Assembly: GCA_964252075.1 (NCBI GenBank)
Contig: CAXULY010000014.1
Coordinates: 1-64,000 of the forward strand
Direction of reading: 5' to 3'
Source: an uncultured Deinococcaceae bacterium
Lineage (GTDB): Bacteria > Deinococcota > Deinococci > Deinococcales > Deinococcaceae
DNA length: 64,000 bases
Shown here piece after piece: positions 37,818-47,775 of this stretch. Position 1 is the stretch's first letter. Each line of letters opens with the position of its first letter. The notes under the pieces were generated by a model that did no database searches, had not been told where the DNA came from, and saw only the letters and a program-made list of their open reading frames with translations. Position numbers and translations under genes: made by a program.

Positions 37818-38735
37818 GTGGACCTGCGCCTGCTGCGGTACTTCGTGGTGGCCGAGGAACTGCATTTCGGCCGCGCCGCCGCGCGCCTGAACCTGGCGCA
37901 GCCGCCACTGAGCGCGGCGATTAAGCGGCTGGAAGCCCAGGTGGGCGCGGCGCTCTTCGAGCGCACGTCCCGGCGCGTGGCCCTCACGCCCGCCGGGCAG
38001 GTGTACCTGCCCGAGGTGCGCCTGATCCTGGAGCGCATGGCTGGGGTGGCGGAGGCCGCGCGCCGCGCGGCGCGCGGTGAGATCGGCCAGCTGAAGGTCG
38101 GGTACAAGGCGGGCAGCTTCAACACCGTGCTGCCGCAGGCGGTGCGTCAGTTCCGCGAGCGGTTCCCCGGCGTGGAACTCCAGTTGCGCGAAATGAACGT
38201 CTTCGAGGTCGAACCGGCCCTCACGCGCGGGGACGTGCAGGTGGGCCTGCTGTACCCGGCGCTGACCGACTCCAGCCTGAACGGCGAGACGGTGTTCAGC
38301 GAACCGCTGATGCTGGCCGTGCCGGAAGGACACCTGCTGGTGCGCCTCGCGCGCGTGCCCCTAAGCCTCGCGGCGCACGAGCCGTTCATCCGCTACCAGC
38401 GGGTGGTGCAGCCCGAGTGTTATGACGCCATCACCGCGCTGTGCCGCTCGGCGGGCTTCGCTCCGCGGGTGGTGCAGGAGGTCGCCACCGGGGCCGCCGC
38501 CGTCAGCCTCATCGCGGCGGGCATGGGGGTGGGGCTGGTGCCGTCGAGCCAGCGGCGCGCATCAGAAGGGCAGGTCGAGTACCGCTTCCTGGACGGACCA
38601 ACCGTGGAGGTCGACCTGGCCGCCGCCTGGCCGCGCACGGACCGTTCCCCCATTACGGCGGCGTTCCTGAACTGCCTCAGGCAGGTCGGCCGGGAGTGGA
38701 CGGAGGCGGAGCGCGCTGTGGCGCGGGCATCCTGA
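37818..38735 (+). CDS. LysR-family regulator
   Basis: EELHFGRAAARLNLAQPPLS...LFERTSRRVALT; leaderless TACGTT-N6-GTG; divergent from the SDR gene. Confidence 0.9.
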   Translation: MDLRLLRYFVVAEELHFGRAAARLNLAQPPLSAAIKRLEAQVGAALFERTSRRVALTPAGQVYLPEVRLILERMAGVAEAARRAARGEIGQLKVGYKAGSFNTVLPQAVRQFRERFPGVELQLREMNVFEVEPALTRGDVQVGLLYPALTDSSLNGETVFSEPLMLAVPEGHLLVRLARVPLSLAAHEPFIRYQRVVQPECYDAITALCRSAGFAPRVVQEVATGAAAVSLIAAGMGVGLVPSSQRRASEGQVEYRFLDGPTVEVDLAAAWPRTDRSPITAAFLNCLRQVGREWTEAERAVARAS

Positions 38736-39442
38736 CCGGACCCGAGGGCCAGGTCCGGGATCTGCGGCATTCCCACGGGTTCAGAGCATCTTGCTGCCGA
38801 TCTTCACGTCAGGATCCGGGCGGGGTGAGGAACGGAGCTTCACCGCCGGGCGCACCCAGGATCAGCAACATGGCGACTTGCGGAGAGGACGTTCGGCACG
38901 TCCGGTCGGTTGATGTCAGGCTGGAGATGCGCTGAGCTTGCGGTGACCTGCCCGGTCGGCAGGACCGTTTGCTGTGAGGTGCGGCTCAGTTGCTCCGCGC
39001 GGGGGTACCCCAGCGCACCCGAGCGGACACCCATCAACGTGAAGGTGCCGACGCTGTAAACCGGCGGACAACGAGGCGGCACGTTCGACACGTGGTGTCG
39101 GCGTCGCTGCATTGACTCATACAGCCACCATACGGGGTGCCCACCGCAGCCCTGCGCACGCATCGGTCCGGCATGGGCGCACGGCGGAGGCCGTGAGCGT
39201 AAGCGCCGCACGAAGTCAACCAGCAGGGTGGGGAACCACTAGAACGGGCCAGCATGCATAAAGGAAAAGGGAAGCAATGTGTGGACGTCTGCACGTGCAG
39301 ACGCCCAGAATCGCTGTACGGCAGACTTTGCCTGAGCTCAATGCGCTCTGTGAGGGGCGACGTCCCCATTGTTGGTTCGCACCCGGCACCCCTGAATTCT
39401 GAATCCGGCGCCTCTCGGGGTCACGGTCCTCTGGTCTCTCGC

Positions 39443-40990
39443 TTACACCTCCGGGGCGGTGGCGGCGCGGGTACTCATCTCAAGCCAGTCCAGCTCCTCC
39501 TGCACCAGGTGGTACGCGTCATCGCCGATTTTCCCGCTGAGGCGCAACGCCTGCACCGCCTGTCGCGCCGCCCCCACTGTCTGCCGCCGCAGCGCGTTGT
39601 CCGGGGAGTCGTGCGGGTCCTCCCCGCTCCACGCCCGGCTCAGCTCCTCCCGGTACTCCAGTTGCAGGCGCTGCGCCGCGGCGGAATCATCGCCGTCCAG
39701 CGCGCGCATCGCTGCTTTCAGCGCCACCTTCCGCGCCACCCGCACTTCCGTTTCGATGACGGTGTCGCGCGGGAGGCGCAGGAATACCAGCAGCGGCCTT
39801 AACGTCAGTCCCTGCACCACCAGCGTGCCCAGCACCACGACGAAGGCGGTGAGCTGCATGAAGTCCCGGTGTGGGAAGCCGTCCGGGAGGGCCGCCGCGG
39901 CCGCCAGCGTCACGATGCCGCGCATGCCCGCCCACCCGACCACCAGCCCACCCCGCGCGGTGAGCGGCGCCGCGGACGCCGGCGCGTGCGCGGGGCGCGC
40001 GGGCGGCGCCTTGGAGCGGTCGGTGAGGGTGTACGTCATCACCCACACCAGGCGCACCACGATCACCACCGCCAGCATCACGAGGGCCACGCCAAGCAGC
40101 CGGGCGAGTTGCGGTCCGTTCAGCGCCTCCAGGATCGGTCCGAGCTGCAGGCCGATCAGCGTGAACGCCAGGACGTTCAGCACGAAGGTCGCCGCCTCCC
40201 AGGTGGCGAACGTCGAGACGCGCAGGCGCGCCGCAAGGTTCCCGCGCCGCCCGGCCGTCACGCCGAACACCACGAGCGTCACGACGGGCGACAACCCCAG
40301 GCGCTCCGCGGCGATCCACGCCCCGAACGTCAGGACGAACTGCACCACCACGGACGTGGGGGCGTCCTCGATGCGTTCGATCAGCCACCCGGTCGGGAAC
40401 GCCAGCAGCCAACCCACCACCACGCTGCCCACCACCACCAGCGCGAAAGTCGGGAGGGCGCCCGTGACACTGAAGCCCCCCGCCGTCACGGCGCCCACCG
40501 CGAGGGTGTAGATGAGCAGGGCGGACGCGTCATTCAGGAGGCTCTCGCCCTCCAGCACCTTGCGGATGCGGTGCGGGGGGTTCACCTGCCGCAGCACGGC
40601 AAGTGCCGCGACCGCGTCGGGTGGGGCGAGGAGCGCCCCGAGCGCGATCGCCGCCGCCCACGGCAGGTCGGGCAGCAACTGGCGGGCGGCGAACGCGACG
40701 GCGAGGGTGGTGAGGCCGACAGCCACCAGCACCAGGGACAGTACCGGCCGCCAGTTGTCGCGCAGGTCCCGCAGCGATGTGTCGTACGCGGCGTCAAGCA
40801 GCACGGGCGCCACGAACAGGGCGAGGATGAGGTCCGGGGGCAGGTCGAGGCGCGGCGCGCCGGGGAGAAACGCCACGACCGCCCCACCCAGGGCGAGGAG
40901 GGTGGGGTACGGAACGTTGAGGCGCCGCGCGACGAGCGACAGCAGCGTCGCGCCGAGCAGGAGGCCCAGAATGGTTTCAAACAACAGCAT
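39443..40990 (-). CDS. CPA1-family Na+/H+ antiporter
   Basis: PPDAVA, LEGESLLNDA, GMRGIVTLAAA and VQGLTL motifs; RBS GGAGG before ATG 40990. Confidence 0.92.
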   Translation of the reverse strand: MLLFETILGLLLGATLLSLVARRLNVPYPTLLALGGAVVAFLPGAPRLDLPPDLILALFVAPVLLDAAYDTSLRDLRDNWRPVLSLVLVAVGLTTLAVAFAARQLLPDLPWAAAIALGALLAPPDAVAALAVLRQVNPPHRIRKVLEGESLLNDASALLIYTLAVGAVTAGGFSVTGALPTFALVVVGSVVVGWLLAFPTGWLIERIEDAPTSVVVQFVLTFGAWIAAERLGLSPVVTLVVFGVTAGRRGNLAARLRVSTFATWEAATFVLNVLAFTLIGLQLGPILEALNGPQLARLLGVALVMLAVVIVVRLVWVMTYTLTDRSKAPPARPAHAPASAAPLTARGGLVVGWAGMRGIVTLAAAAALPDGFPHRDFMQLTAFVVVLGTLVVQGLTLRPLLVFLRLPRDTVIETEVRVARKVALKAAMRALDGDDSAAAQRLQLEYREELSRAWSGEDPHDSPDNALRRQTVGAARQAVQALRLSGKIGDDAYHLVQEELDWLEMSTRAATAPEV

Positions 40991-41396
40991 GCGCACCTCC
41001 CTTCGAGGTGTGCTCATCGTGCCATCCCGCAGGCGGCGGCAGGTCAGGGGCCGCTCACCACGCGCGTTGCTGGGCAGCCCCGGGACGGGCCTCGGCCCTC
41101 CGGTGCTCCGCCATCGCCATGGAGATTCTCCTCAGGGTGTTCGCTGCGCTGTGGTGCCTCTCACTCGGTCCTCAGGTTTTTCGCCAGCCACCACAAGAGG
41201 CATTTCAAATGCGATTCACGCGTGCTTTGTACTCCGCTCAGACCGCCCCTTAATTCGCTCCGGTAGAAGCCAGTATGAAGCGTGTCATACAGCATCGCGG
41301 CGCCAGTCGGGAAGTGGCGGCCCAGCCCCGGCCTCAGTTCGGGACCAATGCGTTGTCCTCTGCATCGAGCAAATGCACTGCATCCGCGGCGGGCGT

Positions 41397-41990
41397 TCAG
41401 CGGACGACCTGAATGAGCGGCAGGTACACCTCATCCACGATTTCCGCCAGCGTGGTCTCCGTCACTTCAGCCGCGCCACGCGTGAGGAACTCATGCCGAA
41501 GGAGCGCGATGGCGACCTCAGCCACGCGGGGCCGCAGCGCTTCGGGACGCACCTCGCCGCGCGCGACGCCACGCTCCAGCAGCGGCATGAACAGATCAGC
41601 GCCGCTCGCGGCGGCGCGCGTCTGAACCTGATGGAGCAGGTCGGGGTCGTTCGCGGCGTCTGCGAGGACGCCACGGATGACCGAGCCCAGGGGTGAGGCC
41701 CAGTGCTGGTTGGCGCCCCGCAGGAGGGTCAGCAGGTCGTCCCGGAGATGTCCTGTGTCGGGCAGGGTGAAGCGCTCGGCGGCGAGGTGCTGGTACGCCG
41801 CGAACGCCAGCGCCGTGCGGTTGGGCCAGCGGCGGTACAGGGTGTTCTTGTTGGTGCCTGCCCGACGGGCCACCAGCTCCATGGTGAAGCCGTCGTAGCC
41901 GCGGGCGAGGAGTTCATCCGCCGCCGCTCGAACCACGGCCTGTTCGAGTGCGGCCCCGCGTCGTCGGGTGGAAGGAGGGGGCGTCTTCAC
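41397..41990 (-). CDS. TetR/AcrR-family regulator (paralog of 52288-52884)
   Basis: RRRGAALEQA, VARRAGTNKNTLYRRWP, PDTG, IVDEVYLPL. Confidence 0.9.
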   Translation of the reverse strand: MKTPPPSTRRRGAALEQAVVRAAADELLARGYDGFTMELVARRAGTNKNTLYRRWPNRTALAFAAYQHLAAERFTLPDTGHLRDDLLTLLRGANQHWASPLGSVIRGVLADAANDPDLLHQVQTRAAASGADLFMPLLERGVARGEVRPEALRPRVAEVAIALLRHEFLTRGAAEVTETTLAEIVDEVYLPLIQVVR

Positions 41991-42037
41991 GCTGCTTACC
42001 CCACTGTACGTCGCGGGCGCGGCAGGATATGCTCACC

Positions 42038-42062
42038 GTTAGGGTACGAGTAGTACCCTAAC
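42038..42062. promoter_or_regulatory. Probable TetR operator
   Basis: Perfect inverted repeat GTTAGGGTAC-N5-GTACCCTAAC directly upstream of the RBS of 42074. Confidence 0.75.
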
Positions 42063-42073
42063 AGGAGGGGTTT

Positions 42074-43087
42074 ATGCGCCGACTGGGCATCACGTACGAC
42101 ACCGGATTCCTCAACGGGTTCACCAGCACCCACGAACCCTTCGACGCCAACGCCGTCCGGGCCGACCTGCAAGCCATCCGCGACGAACTTCACTGCACCG
42201 CCGTTCGACTGACGGGCGGTGACCCCACCCGCCTCGACCTCGCCGCGCGCCACGCCGCCGACCTCGGGCTGGAGGTGTGGTTCTCGCCCTTCACCTACGA
42301 GCTGGAGCAGGACGCCCTGCTGGCGCTCCTGCTCGACTGCGCGGACCACGCCGAACGCCTGCGACGACAGGGGGCCCAAGTGGTGCTCGTGACGGGCGCG
42401 GAACTCAGCCTGTTCACCAGAGGCTTCCTGCCGGGCGCGATTGCCGCGGACCGCCTGCACGGCCTCCTGACGCGAACACCGGAGACCCTCGCGGGCCTCG
42501 CCGCCCTGCCCGCACGCATCAACGCCTTCCTGCACCGAGCGGTCACGGCCGTCCGGACCCGCTTCGGCGGTCCCATCACGTACGCGTCCATCCACTTCGA
42601 GGGGGTGGACTGGACGCCCTTCGACTTCATCGCCATGGACCTCTACTGGACGAAGGACATCGCGCCGCACTTCCGCGCGGGCGTGCAGTCCCTCCTGCGC
42701 CTGGGCAAACCCGTGGCCATCACGGAATTCGGGTGTGCCACGTACCGAGGCGCCGCGGATGTTGGCGCCGTCGATATCGTGGAGTACCAGGACGGCCACC
42801 CCTTCCGCCTGAACGGTGAGTACGAACGGGACGAGGCCGCGCAGGCGCAGTGCATCACGACGCTGGCGCAGCTCTTCCAGGAGGAGGGCGTGGACACCGC
42901 GTTCGTCTGCACCTTCGCGTGCTTCTACCTGCCGCACCGCACCGATGGACGGCCCGACTTTGACCTGGGCAGCTTCGGCATCGTGCGGGCCGCCGATCAG
43001 GAGGCCGTCCGTGCAGGCGCCCCGCGCTGGACCCCCAAGGCGAGCTTCAGCGCCTTGAGCGCCACGTACCGTTCATTCGACCGCTGA
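42074..43087 (+). CDS. Conserved hypothetical TIM-barrel protein, glycoside-hydrolase-like
   Basis: RBS AGGAGG; GITYDTG, LHCTAVRL, GAELS, ITYAS and KPVAITEFG resemble a clan GH-A barrel. Confidence 0.65.
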   Translation: MRRLGITYDTGFLNGFTSTHEPFDANAVRADLQAIRDELHCTAVRLTGGDPTRLDLAARHAADLGLEVWFSPFTYELEQDALLALLLDCADHAERLRRQGAQVVLVTGAELSLFTRGFLPGAIAADRLHGLLTRTPETLAGLAALPARINAFLHRAVTAVRTRFGGPITYASIHFEGVDWTPFDFIAMDLYWTKDIAPHFRAGVQSLLRLGKPVAITEFGCATYRGAADVGAVDIVEYQDGHPFRLNGEYERDEAAQAQCITTLAQLFQEEGVDTAFVCTFACFYLPHRTDGRPDFDLGSFGIVRAADQEAVRAGAPRWTPKASFSALSATYRSFDR

Positions 43088-43531
43088 CCGACGCCGGAAG
43101 CTTGTCTCTGCCTGCGGCGCAGGTTCGCATTCGCATGGGCGGTCGGGCCAATGGACCGCACGCTCGCATGGTCTGCATTGCCTGAATCACTGTTCGTGCG
43201 CGGTCCCGACTTCAGGGACGAGCCCGACAACGGTGCGCCGGGCAGTCGTCACTTCATGCGACTAAGGTTCACACGTCCGAACCGCAGCCACCTGAAGCGC
43301 CACCTGACGCCCCTTAGCGTCCTGTCATGGTGCATTGGACGCTCACATGGCGCCGCGCCCGAGGGTGCACGAGCGCCACCTCAAGAGTGAACGCGCTGTG
43401 TCACGTCATGATTCCGCTGTTCGGATGTAACGTGTGGCACCCCCTTTGACGCCGCCGCGCAACATCACGGTGAGGCGCGCGAATGGCTCCATACGGCCCG
43501 ACCTCAATCCGGCCATTCCGCGCTGTCAACC

Positions 43532-44065
43532 TCACCTCAGACGCGCCGCGATGCGGCGCGCGCAATCGAACGCTTCCTGATGGGTGGTATCGACCTCCAG
43601 GTCGTACGTCACCCCCTGGTGCACCGTCTCAGCCTGAAGCCTCGCCATTCCAGATACCCGGTCACCGCGGGCCACCTCACGCCCCTCGGCCACCAGCGGG
43701 TCACAGCGCACCCCCACCCACAGCACCGCCAGGCCATCCAGCGCCATCCGCCAGCGGGCCTGGGACGTCGCGCCCCCCAGGAACACGTCATCGACGATGA
43801 CGCGCGCGCCCGCGCGGACCATCGCCGCGACGCCGCGACTCCACGCCTCATCCAGCTGCTGAAAGACCAGACCGGTCGAGATCGCCCCGTCCGGGCCGAA
43901 CGTGATGCCGGCGTCCGACGCGCGCAGCGCGTCGGGCAGTGCATTGACGAAAGCGTCGACGCTGAGGGAGAGCCAGGGCTCGGGCAACTGGGCCTGCAGG
44001 CAGCGGGCGATGCCCGACTTCCCCGAGCTCGAACCGCCATTGAGGACGATGATCTGGGTGGTCAC
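43532..44065 (-). CDS. Chloramphenicol phosphotransferase (CPT)-like kinase
   Basis: [27 protein letters not shown] and YDLEVDT motifs; leaderless TACGAT-N6-GTG. Confidence 0.85.
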   Translation of the reverse strand: MTTQIIVLNGGSSSGKSGIARCLQAQLPEPWLSLSVDAFVNALPDALRASDAGITFGPDGAISTGLVFQQLDEAWSRGVAAMVRAGARVIVDDVFLGGATSQARWRMALDGLAVLWVGVRCDPLVAEGREVARGDRVSGMARLQAETVHQGVTYDLEVDTTHQEAFDCARRIAARLR

Positions 44066-44887
44066 CCGTGCATCGTACCGGCGCGTGAGGCGCGTCCCCA
44101 GCCCACCCCGACGGTGCGTGCAGCTTGGGGCGTTGCCGTGGTGGCGTGGTACGCCGGAAGACTCGACCCAGGCCATCCCGCCGTCGCGCGGCGCCGCACG
44201 CCGAGGCAACTTGCAAGTAAGCGCAAACCCGACAAGCCACGCGCGTCGCTGATGTGTTCAGCACTGCCAGGACGACCGGTACTGGGAGAGTCGCACAGCC
44301 GCCCCGGCTCGCGAAGCGAGACACCGTTGGATCATCGGACGACACGCCGAATTCGGGCCTGCACATGACCCGCTCTCCCCTTCCCCACTCCGGCGCAGCA
44401 ACGATTCCGGACCACCCGTCGGGCAGTGAGGTGAAGCGGAGTCCTGCGCGGGTGAGGGGCGGTTCTACAAATGCCCCGCACGGGCGCTGCTCCGTGCCTG
44501 ATGCACCGTCATGTTTCAGGTCAGCTGCGTGCTCGGAATATGAGCGTGGATGTTCGCTGGAGCGTCACCGATCAAAGGTAACTCCGCGCGGATTTCCATC
44601 GTCAGGAGCAAAGCGACCGCTGTAATCGCGCAGGAACCACAAAGGGCGCAGGTCATCAATCGCGCCGCTGAAGTCGCGCATTGCCAGAACGGTCAAACAT
44701 CCCTACGCATGGTTGGCAAGAGGACCGTGCGATTCTTGTGTGCACGAGTCGTGGCCCCTGCGGGCAGCGTTGGGAGTTCTTTAGAACTCGCCCAATGCGT
44801 GTCGTCGCGGTCCTGCGGTGTGGTTCTCCCCGCAGACCCTTTGGGCAATACGCATGTCCTCGGTCTCGGGAGGCGCCAGGCTGATGA

Positions 44888-45091
44888 ATGGCCCCTCCAC
44901 CAGACATCCGCGTGCGTGAACTCGGCGCCTCCCCATACGGCGCGCTGGTGGTGCTGGAGCTGCCCAAGGGCATGCCCGTTCCGCCCCTTCAGTCAATCAT
45001 GCCTGCTCATGACCGCACGTACCGTGTGGTTGGCGTGCTGGACCTTGGGGATGGGCGCGGTCCGCACCTCCTCGCCCTGCTGCACCCGTGA
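44888..45091 (+). CDS. Small hypothetical protein (67 aa)
   Basis: GC3-biased codons; CAGGCT-N5-ATG possible leaderless promoter. Confidence 0.35.
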   Translation: MAPPPDIRVRELGASPYGALVVLELPKGMPVPPLQSIMPAHDRTYRVVGVLDLGDGRGPHLLALLHP

Positions 45092-45529
45092 AGAGTTCGC
45101 GTGGGACGACATGCCACATCAGGTGCGCCGCATGTCCAGATGGAGCCAGCCCCGGCCCTGGTACGGCGAAGGAATTGCGTGCCTTGGACCGACGCGCAGC
45201 GCTGAAGGCCTGAGTTCAGACCTTGTTACGAGGCCCTTCGTGGTCGCGGACTGTGAGGTCTGGCCGCTCTAAGCCGAGGAATACAGCGAATAAGTGCGTG
45301 CCTGACCCATCACGAACTTGTGGCAGCCCAGGGTTGGCTGCCCTGGTGCACATTGCGGCGTGGGCAGGTAAAGGATTAGGCACCTGCCTTGGTAACGCAG
45401 GTTGAGTGATGAGGTCCTCAGGTCTTGCTGACTACTCGGGCGCTCCGACACCGGCTAGCAAGGGATGTCTGGGCGCCCACAGAAGCTCTGACCATCTGAC
45501 CGCTCAGCGTACTGTGCCTCGCACTTGAA

Positions 45530-45555
45530 TAGTGATATCAAGACTAGTAATATCA
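45530..45555 (+). promoter_or_regulatory. Probable PadR operator
   Basis: Direct repeat TAGTGATATCA / TAGTAATATCA with a 15-bp period, abutting the ATG. Confidence 0.5.
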
Positions 45556-46172
45556 TGGCTATAAACTTTGATTCGCGGCGGTCGGCACTCGGGCTGATCG
45601 TGCTCACGCTGCTGACCGAGGAACCGATGTACCCCTACCGCATGCAGCAACTCATCCGCGAGCGCGGCAAGGACGCCGTCGTGAACGTCCGGCAGCGCGC
45701 GAGCCTCTACCAGAGCATCGAGCGACTGCACCGGGACGGCCTCATCTCTGTCCACCAGACGGCGCAGCAGGAAGGCCGCCCTGAACGCACCCTGTACGCC
45801 ATCACCGAACTGGGCCGCGAAACCGCGCGGCGCTGGACGCGCGACATGCTCTCCCGCCCCGCCCAGCACTACCCGGAGTTCCCCGCCGCCCTGGCCTGCA
45901 TCCCCCTCCTCACCCCCGAGGACGCCCTCAACCAGTTGCATGTGCGCCTGGAAGCCCTGACGGAGAGCGTGCGGCAACTGCACCTCCAGACCCCGGACGA
46001 CGCTCAGGTTCCCCGCCTCTTCCTGCTGGAAAGCGAGTACCAGATGGCGGTGCTGCAGGCCGAACGGACCTGGGTGACCGCCCTCATCGCGGACCTGAAG
46101 GACGGGCACCTGACCTGGAACGACGCCTGGTTGCGGGCCGTCCTCGCACAAACCGCGCGCGAGCCCAGCTGA
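45555..46172 (+). CDS. PadR-family regulator
   Basis: LLTEEPMYPYRM, SLYQSIERL and RPERTLYAITELG motifs. Confidence 0.88.
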   Translation: MAINFDSRRSALGLIVLTLLTEEPMYPYRMQQLIRERGKDAVVNVRQRASLYQSIERLHRDGLISVHQTAQQEGRPERTLYAITELGRETARRWTRDMLSRPAQHYPEFPAALACIPLLTPEDALNQLHVRLEALTESVRQLHLQTPDDAQVPRLFLLESEYQMAVLQAERTWVTALIADLKDGHLTWNDAWLRAVLAQTAREPS

Positions 46173-46252
46173 CCCACACCTGCGCCTGAAGCGCCCCACA
46201 CCTCGTCACCTCACGCCAGCGCGACCGCACGGCCGCGCGGAAGGGACCATTT

Positions 46253-47605
46253 ATGCCTCGACAGTTGAAGATCATGATCATCGGCGCGGGAACCGGGGGG
46301 CTGTGCCTGGCACACGGCCTGAAACAGGCGGGGATCGAGGTGGTGGTGTACGAGCGGGACCGCACGCGCACCGGTGGCCTGCAAGGCTACCGCGTGGGCA
46401 TCTCACCGGACGGCAGCCGGGCGCTCGCGCGCTGCCTGCCACCGGAGCTGTTCCAGACGTTCGTGGCCACCTGCGCCCGCCCACCCCGATACTTCAACAT
46501 GCTGTCCGAGCACCTGCGTGAACTCCTCTCACTCGACATTACCGTCGATCCGGACCCCAGCAACCGCGAGGAGTCCGTCAGCCGCATGACGCTGCGTCAG
46601 GTGCTGCTGACGGGCCTTGAGCAGGACGTGCACTTCGACCGGACCTTCGAGCGCTTCGAGCAGCACGAGAACGGCACGGTCACCGCGCACTTCTCGGACG
46701 GCCACTCGGACACCGCCGACCTGCTGGTGGCCGCAGACGGCACCAATTCGCGGGTCCGCCAGCAGTACCTGCCGCACGCCCGCATGCTCAGCACCGGCAT
46801 GGTCGGCGCGGCCGGCAAGCTGCCGCTGACCCCGGAGAGCCGCGCGCTCCTCTCGGACAAGGTCTTCGAGGGCGTGAGCATGGTCATGGCGCCCCTGGGG
46901 TTCTCCATGATCCTGCACGTGATGGAATTCGGCTGGGACGCGACCGGGGTGAAGCCCGGCGTGGCCGGGAGTGACGCCGCGCTGCTGCAGGACTGGCCGG
47001 GCCTGCTGTTCGACAACACCCGCGACTACGTCATGTGGGGGCTCTCCGGCGCGACCCGCAACTTCCCCACCGACGTCCTGTCCCTGCGCGGCGCCGAGCT
47101 GCTGCGGCTGGTGCAGGGCCTCACGGCCACCTGGCACCCGAACCTGCGGCAGCTGCTGGACCTCACCGATCCCAGCACGGTGTTCGCCCTGAACATCCGC
47201 ACCTCGGAGCCCACCCCGCCCTGGCCGAGCAGCGCGGTCACGCTGCTGGGCGACGCCATTCACACCATGACGCCCGGCCTCGGCGTCGGGGCGAACACCG
47301 CGCTGCGCGACGCCGCCCTGCTGGTCGACGTGCTCAGGCGGGTTCAGGCCGAGGAGCTGTCCCTGATTCCGGCCATCGCCCGGTACGAAGCGGAGATGCG
47401 TTCGTACGCGTACCCGGCGGTGACGGCTTCACGCGCCCGCATCAACGGGGACGACATCATCCACCGCCCGGGCGTCGGGCGGCTGGCCCTCGGGGCGATG
47501 CGGACGGGCATGTGGGTGGTGAACCACCTGCCCGCCGTAAAGCGCCGGCAGGCGCAGGCGCTCGTTCAGTCGCGCGGCCATGACCGGGAGAAGGGCGCGG
47601 CGTGA
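46253..47605 (+). CDS. FAD-dependent monooxygenase
   Basis: GAGTGG, VAADGTNSRVR and LLGDAIHTMTPGLGVGANTALRDA motifs. Confidence 0.9.
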   Translation: MPRQLKIMIIGAGTGGLCLAHGLKQAGIEVVVYERDRTRTGGLQGYRVGISPDGSRALARCLPPELFQTFVATCARPPRYFNMLSEHLRELLSLDITVDPDPSNREESVSRMTLRQVLLTGLEQDVHFDRTFERFEQHENGTVTAHFSDGHSDTADLLVAADGTNSRVRQQYLPHARMLSTGMVGAAGKLPLTPESRALLSDKVFEGVSMVMAPLGFSMILHVMEFGWDATGVKPGVAGSDAALLQDWPGLLFDNTRDYVMWGLSGATRNFPTDVLSLRGAELLRLVQGLTATWHPNLRQLLDLTDPSTVFALNIRTSEPTPPWPSSAVTLLGDAIHTMTPGLGVGANTALRDAALLVDVLRRVQAEELSLIPAIARYEAEMRSYAYPAVTASRARINGDDIIHRPGVGRLALGAMRTGMWVVNHLPAVKRRQAQALVQSRGHDREKGAA

Positions 47606-47775
47606 CCGCCGCCGGGGCGCGTGGCGCGCGCCCAGGGCGGTGACGGCCCTGCTCCCCTGGCCGCGATGTGCCTCCAGGTACCCGGCCCGGCGGCCCAGGG
47701 CGTCACGCCGCCCGTGTGAGGTGCGCTCACGTGGCGTGAAGGGCCGGTGAGGGCGCCCCACGGTATCCTGCCCGC

